From Methanobacteriota archaeon (lineage in GTDB: Archaea > Halobacteriota > Bog-38 > Methanoflorentales > Methanoflorentaceae), in contig OY970393.1 of NCBI GenBank assembly GCA_963720465.1, positions 1,536,001-1,600,000 of the forward strand: DNA of 64,000 bases, written 5' to 3'. Made by a program: the position numbers and the translations under genes. Positions 59,271-64,000 of this stretch are shown here, one piece after another. Every line of letters begins with the position of its first letter. Position 1 is the stretch's first letter. The notes under the pieces are model-generated. The model ran no database searches and had not been told where the DNA came from. It was given only the letters and a program-made list of their open reading frames with translations.

Positions 59271-60383
59271 GTGATTCAAGTGGCCGATTTCAACACTGAA
59301 AATCGATTTTTTCAAAACATTTACGACGATGATTCCGTGGTATGGATGGGGCAAAACACCAACCATTTTGCTACGCCACAAGCGATCAAGCGGGCTATGG
59401 TAAATGCCATCGACAAAGAGGAATACCACAAATATCCGCCCCCGTATGGACTTGAGGAGTTACGGACCCTCATACTTCAAGACTTAAATTTGACTCCACC
59501 CCACGAAGTCCACGTGACGGAGGGCGGTACAGAATCGCTTTACCAGGTGACGCGCACCTTGCTGCGTCCTGGTGACGTAATGATCTCGACGGATCCAGGT
59601 TACTACGTCATTCATAAGTTTGCTGAGCTAAGCGGAGCCAAAGTTCTTGACCTACCGATCTACGCAGCAGATATTAACTACAAATTGACGCCGGACATGG
59701 TAAACGAGGTGATGAGCAAGCGAACTAAAATGCTGACCCTCGTCGACCCTCTGAACCCGTTGGGCGTAACCTACACAACAAAAGAAGTCAAGGCGTTTTG
59801 CGAAATAGCCGAAGACGCGGGCGTCTATTTGTTGAATGACGTGACCTACCGAGACATGGCAAAACTCCATACTCTCGCCGCCGACTTTTATCCTGAAGGT
59901 ACAATAACGATTTACAGTTTTTCAAAGAACTGCGGCTTAGCTGGATTACGGCTGGGTGCTCATGTTGCAACAAGCGAGCTCATAGAGCGACTGGCCCGTT
60001 ACAAGATAAATGACCTCGGAACGTCAATTGTTAGTCAAATTGCAGGAATTGCAGCCCTCAAGACCAAACTTGATTGGCTCCCGAAGGTGGTTGAAGCCAT
60101 TATGGCAAATCAAGCCATCATAAAAGACGCTGTCGATAAGATACAGGGAGCGTATCTCCCCGTTTATCCGTCACAGGGAAGCATGTTCGTAATCGATATC
60201 TCAGGCACAGGCAAGAGGCCCGAAACCATCGTGGACGCGATGCTGAAACGCGGGTTTTTCATAAGAGTAGCTGAGTACACTACGCGAAGATTTGTCGACA
60301 AGTATGTGCGTGTAAGCTTTGCTGTCCCTAAGGCGCAAGTTCAGCGATTCGCGATCGAATTTTCGAGTGTTTTTGGAGCATGA
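59271..60383 (+). CDS. PLP-dependent aminotransferase class I/II
   Basis: DPLNPLG, DVTY, SFSKNCGLAGLRLG. Confidence 0.9.
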   Translation: MIQVADFNTENRFFQNIYDDDSVVWMGQNTNHFATPQAIKRAMVNAIDKEEYHKYPPPYGLEELRTLILQDLNLTPPHEVHVTEGGTESLYQVTRTLLRPGDVMISTDPGYYVIHKFAELSGAKVLDLPIYAADINYKLTPDMVNEVMSKRTKMLTLVDPLNPLGVTYTTKEVKAFCEIAEDAGVYLLNDVTYRDMAKLHTLAADFYPEGTITIYSFSKNCGLAGLRLGAHVATSELIERLARYKINDLGTSIVSQIAGIAALKTKLDWLPKVVEAIMANQAIIKDAVDKIQGAYLPVYPSQGSMFVIDISGTGKRPETIVDAMLKRGFFIRVAEYTTRRFVDKYVRVSFAVPKAQVQRFAIEFSSVFGA

Positions 60384-61024
60384 ATCATCATCTGAAACGC
60401 GGGATTCTTGTAGCAATTGAGGGTATAGATGGTGTCGGAAAAACTACGCAGTCAATACATTTAGTGGAGAGAATGAGAGGCATAGGGTTCGACGCTGTCC
60501 GCTTTTTCGAGCCAACTAATGAAACTCTAGAGGCACAACAGATACGGCAGACGCTTGAGCACGGCCCCCCCAAAAAACCCAGCGACCTAGTTGACCTGTT
60601 TCTGGCTGATCGTAGATACGATGTGGAACAGCACATAACGCCGGCGCTATTAGAAAAGAAGATCGTCGTAATGGACAGATATTTCTTATCTACCGCGGCA
60701 TATCAGTCAGATAGTAGACCGTGGCAAGAGATACTGAAGACGAATCGAGAATTCGCTCCCGAGCCGGACATTAGTTTCATTATCAACTGGCCTGCAGATG
60801 TAGCCATGACCCTTATTGGAAAACGCGATAATAGTTTGACTACTTTTGAGAATGAAACTGCCCTTATCAAGGTACGGGGGCGGTATCTCGAGATGGCGCG
60901 AGAGGATTCCGGGAACTATGTCGTCGTTGAAAAGATTGCTGATGAAGAGGATGTGTGCGACGAGATCTTAGATACCCTCCTCAAGTACCTCCATAAAAAT
61001 AGGCTCGTTCAATACGACGTTTGA
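60380..61024 (+). CDS. tmk: Thymidylate kinase
   Basis: EGIDGVGKTT, EP, LFLADR, MDRY..ST.AYQ, PD. Confidence 0.93.
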   Translation: MNHHLKRGILVAIEGIDGVGKTTQSIHLVERMRGIGFDAVRFFEPTNETLEAQQIRQTLEHGPPKKPSDLVDLFLADRRYDVEQHITPALLEKKIVVMDRYFLSTAAYQSDSRPWQEILKTNREFAPEPDISFIINWPADVAMTLIGKRDNSLTTFENETALIKVRGRYLEMAREDSGNYVVVEKIADEEDVCDEILDTLLKYLHKNRLVQYDV

Positions 61025-61108
61025 GCCGCCAGTGCGTCACGTTAAAAAACTCACTCTTTGATCCGTCTTTACTGGCTTACCGGTGCTAAGTCTCTTTCGT
61101 GAAGCCAT

Positions 61109-62041
61109 CTAACCGACTAACGCGTTTAGAAAATCTCTCTCAGTTACAATACCTGAGAGCGCCCCATCGACCACAACCGGCAACACACTTACATCGCGCG
61201 CTATCATCAGGTCTGCAGCTTCACCCAAATCCAGATCGGGATCGACAGTAATCGGCGGTTCTCGTGCCACGATCTTAATGGGGACTCCCAAAGCTTCGTG
61301 CATGTTGCCTGTCACAAGCTTGTCAAAAACCTCGCCGCCTCCAAGATAGTTCACTATGTCTGAGGTCGTTACGATGCCGATCATAACTCCCTCGTGAACA
61401 ACTGGTACCCGACGAAAGTCGTTTGAAACCATCACTCGTGCAGCCTCTTCAACCGTGGTATCTGGTTTGACGCTTACGACGTCGCGGCTCATGAAATCGG
61501 CGACTTTCTTTCCCGTTATGACATTAGCCACAAGGTCGACGAAATCACGCTCGGACACAATTCCTATAACCTTGCTATCGTCACTGACGATCGGGAAGCC
61601 ACCCACGTTTCCCTGCAACATCATCTTGATGGCATCGTCGATCGAATCCTCCTCACGGAGCGTGATAACATCTTCTTCCATTATTGAACTGATTTCTTCG
61701 TTTATCGCCGATAGAAAGTTCCCTTTATGCTTGTTCTCGATGATCTGAGCCTTATCGCCCCCGCCGAGAAAATTCACTACGTCCATTACGGTGACGATCC
61801 CGACAAGCCTGTTTGTTCCAGGATCGGTCACAGGCAGCCGCCTAACACGATATTTAACCATCGTTTTGACTGCTCCCATAATAGTCATTGTGGGGGGTAT
61901 TTGGACGACATCGCGCGTTGCGACCATCATGATGTCGCCCTCGTGCTGCGACAGCTTGCTTTTGAAGCCTAGACTCCCTCTGTCCGATTTGCCGCTGAAG
62001 TCATCTTGAGGTCTCTTCTGCCGTTTATTCTCGCGTAGCAT
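61109..62041 (-). CDS. CBS-domain protein (4 CBS)
   Basis: RRLPV, GIVSERD, RRVPV, GIVTERD; start ATG 62041. Confidence 0.9.
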   Translation of the reverse strand: MLRENKRQKRPQDDFSGKSDRGSLGFKSKLSQHEGDIMMVATRDVVQIPPTMTIMGAVKTMVKYRVRRLPVTDPGTNRLVGIVTVMDVVNFLGGGDKAQIIENKHKGNFLSAINEEISSIMEEDVITLREEDSIDDAIKMMLQGNVGGFPIVSDDSKVIGIVSERDFVDLVANVITGKKVADFMSRDVVSVKPDTTVEEAARVMVSNDFRRVPVVHEGVMIGIVTTSDIVNYLGGGEVFDKLVTGNMHEALGVPIKIVAREPPITVDPDLDLGEAADLMIARDVSVLPVVVDGALSGIVTERDFLNALVG

Positions 62042-62061
62042 TGTAACCTTCCGTCGTTGTG

Positions 62062-62817
62062 TCAAATTATGGCTCGTACGAGGTCTTGCCGGTCTACTAT
62101 CCCGATCAGCTTGGAGTCTTCGATCACCGGCAATCGTCCGATTGCGTATTGTTTCATCAGATTCGCCGCTTCCCAGAGTGACGAATCTGACAGGACGGTA
62201 ATGACAGGAGTTTTCATAACCTTCTCGACGGCCGCCGAATGAATCCCTTTGCCTCCCCGCTCGTCCTCGCGCTCGAGTCGCACATAGCCTGCTTTGAGAA
62301 TATCTTGAAGCGTGACGATACCGATGAGGTGCGTCTTCTTCACCACAGGGTAGCCTGAAAACCCGTATTGCGCCATGTTGAGCCACACTCTCGATACGAG
62401 ATCCGTCGGACTACAGGTCTGAACGGTTTCTGTCATCACTGAGTCGATCGTGATTTTTCTGTCAAAACTCAGAGCGTTCATCAGTGCTTCAGAGTCAATC
62501 ACTCCAATGATCGTGTGATCTTCTTTCGATTTGACCACAGGAATGTCGAATCCGGTCGTCGCAAATATTTTTGCTATCTCGATCGGGAGAGAGTCAGAAG
62601 TAGCGAGGCCAGTCTCGCGGACGAAACCGATTACCGTGACGTCTGATTTCGTCGAAGTCACCTTGATGATGTCTGGCAGTATTACCATACCCTTCACGCG
62701 GCTTTGGTCATCGACAACCGCAAGGCTTCGGTAGCCGTCTCGCATGAGCTGACGGACGTGAGTCACGTAGGCGTCTTCATGTACAGTCACGGGTGGTGAC
62801 ATTAGGTTGAGCGTCAT
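62062..62817 (-). CDS. CBS-domain protein
   Basis: SGYPVV, GIVTLQD, IGRLPV, GIVDRQD. Confidence 0.88.
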   Translation of the reverse strand: MTLNLMSPPVTVHEDAYVTHVRQLMRDGYRSLAVVDDQSRVKGMVILPDIIKVTSTKSDVTVIGFVRETGLATSDSLPIEIAKIFATTGFDIPVVKSKEDHTIIGVIDSEALMNALSFDRKITIDSVMTETVQTCSPTDLVSRVWLNMAQYGFSGYPVVKKTHLIGIVTLQDILKAGYVRLEREDERGGKGIHSAAVEKVMKTPVITVLSDSSLWEAANLMKQYAIGRLPVIEDSKLIGIVDRQDLVRAII

Positions 62818-63458
62818 CGAACGCTCTCCTTACACGATTCGCATATGATGCTGCCGTCTGCATATTCGAGCACGTAAGAAAACTCTCCGCAGATCTCGCA
62901 GACGCCGGACGATGTAGAGCCTCGGCACCTCGGACATTTGAGGCGCCCTCCCTCTTGCTGCAGATCGTCTGAGTACTCTTCACACTCCTCACACTCCCCT
63001 TGCGTCATGACGACTTCCCGGCGGTCGAGAACACTCTCCCTGTTCATCTCTATCAAGTTGTCGAGAATTTGGTTGACTTCAGAGGAGACTTGGATAACGT
63101 CTGCGTCGGTAATGATTCCGACTAGTTCATCTCCGTCGAGTACCGGAAGACGTCGGATTTTTTTCTGGGCCATCATAAGCACTGCGTCGTGCACGTCGTC
63201 GCTGCTTTTCGTTGTGATAAGGGGTTTCGACATGAGCTGGTCGAGCTTGATAGAGCTTGGCTTAATGTTCTTAAAGATAACTTTCGCAACCATGTCGCTT
63301 TCCGTGACGATGCCGACTGGCTTTTCATCCTTGACGATTATAATGCTCCCGACCCTTTTTTCGACCATCTTTTTTCCGGCTTGCGCTGCCGTCATCTCGG
63401 GAGTTGCCGTCACAACAGTCCTCGTCATAACGTCTCGAACCGCCAACCGTGTTTCCAT
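62814..63458 (-). CDS. CBS-domain protein with C-terminal zinc ribbons
   Basis: CBS pair, then CEEC..CPRC and CEIC..CESC. Confidence 0.9.
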   Translation of the reverse strand: METRLAVRDVMTRTVVTATPEMTAAQAGKKMVEKRVGSIIIVKDEKPVGIVTESDMVAKVIFKNIKPSSIKLDQLMSKPLITTKSSDDVHDAVLMMAQKKIRRLPVLDGDELVGIITDADVIQVSSEVNQILDNLIEMNRESVLDRREVVMTQGECEECEEYSDDLQQEGGRLKCPRCRGSTSSGVCEICGEFSYVLEYADGSIICESCKESVR

Positions 63459-64000
63459 GAGATTCGCCTCTTTCGCGTGCGCCCACTACTGGTCTAGCTG
63501 AGCATCCTATCGTTTATCTTCACAATCAACGGTAAAATGGCTCACTAGTCACGTAATAGAATGTTGACCATGCGTATATTCTAACATCCACATATTTTAA
63601 AGCTTAGATTATTGCTTCTAGTGATATATCTTCTGGTAACCGGCGGCCACCAGATATCCTATAAATGACCACGCTTGAACCACAGCTTTGAGTGTTATGT
63701 ATGGTTTTGCCTCCTCAAGTTGCGTTGACTAGTAGCAACGTTTTGACAAACTTTTGGAGCAAAATGTTGATGTTTGGCTAGTGGGGTTATGGCGCTCCGG
63801 GGTTGCACGTAATATGCGTCAGAACCCTCTAATGTCACGATGCGCCGCAAACTTCCTGATACGGTTTATGACATTTATATGACATATTGGGGAGGCGTGA
63901 GCTTAATAATCTGAGCAAGGCGCGCTTGCGATTTGTCAATCACGCAGTGGCGGCGTTCGCGTTGGTCCTCGCGGTCGCCTCGCCCTTGTGCGCAAAGAAC

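Noticed and set aside
62042-62386. N-terminal extension of CBS ORF 61109..62386
   Set aside because: It overlaps the upstream CBS gene in another frame and has no protein-like features.
1-64000. CRISPR array or cas genes
   Set aside because: No regularly spaced repeat-spacer array seen; the long repeats are intragenic protein repeats.
63887-64000. Start of a secreted-protein gene at the window edge
   Set aside because: Only 38 codons with a hydrophobic stretch; too little to call.

Overview
Archaeal chromosomal window, most consistent with a methanogen-like Halobacteriota: it has TBP, Orc1/Cdc6 with an adjacent ORB-containing origin, PGF-CTERM surface proteins, DUF1786 and a CBS-protein cluster. 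The left part (about 1-24.2 kb) is a mosaic accessory island anchored on a tRNA-Val(TAC). It holds one complete tyrosine integrase whose frame runs through the tRNA, at least four co-oriented remnants of only the 3' end of related integrases, and degenerate tRNA-end/att-like scars. Its cargo includes a 1146-aa nuclease plus helical-repeat protein, a broken DUF4238 gene, a TBP, surface proteins and a Cys-rich secreted protein. The middle (24-53 kb) carries asd, ferredoxin, arsC/hgcC-like/arsM, a Ku-ligase-PE/Pol NHEJ operon, Ig-repeat surface proteins, HtrA, a family A DNA polymerase lacking all proofreading residues and with unusual dNTP-pocket substitutions, and a metal-transport cluster (CDF, CbiMNQO, ArsR plus P1B-ATPase) with visible operator arrays. 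The right part (53-64 kb) is housekeeping: hxlB, moaB, DUF1786, oriC-cdc6, an aminotransferase, tmk and three CBS proteins. All calls come from reading motifs by eye; no database searches were run.
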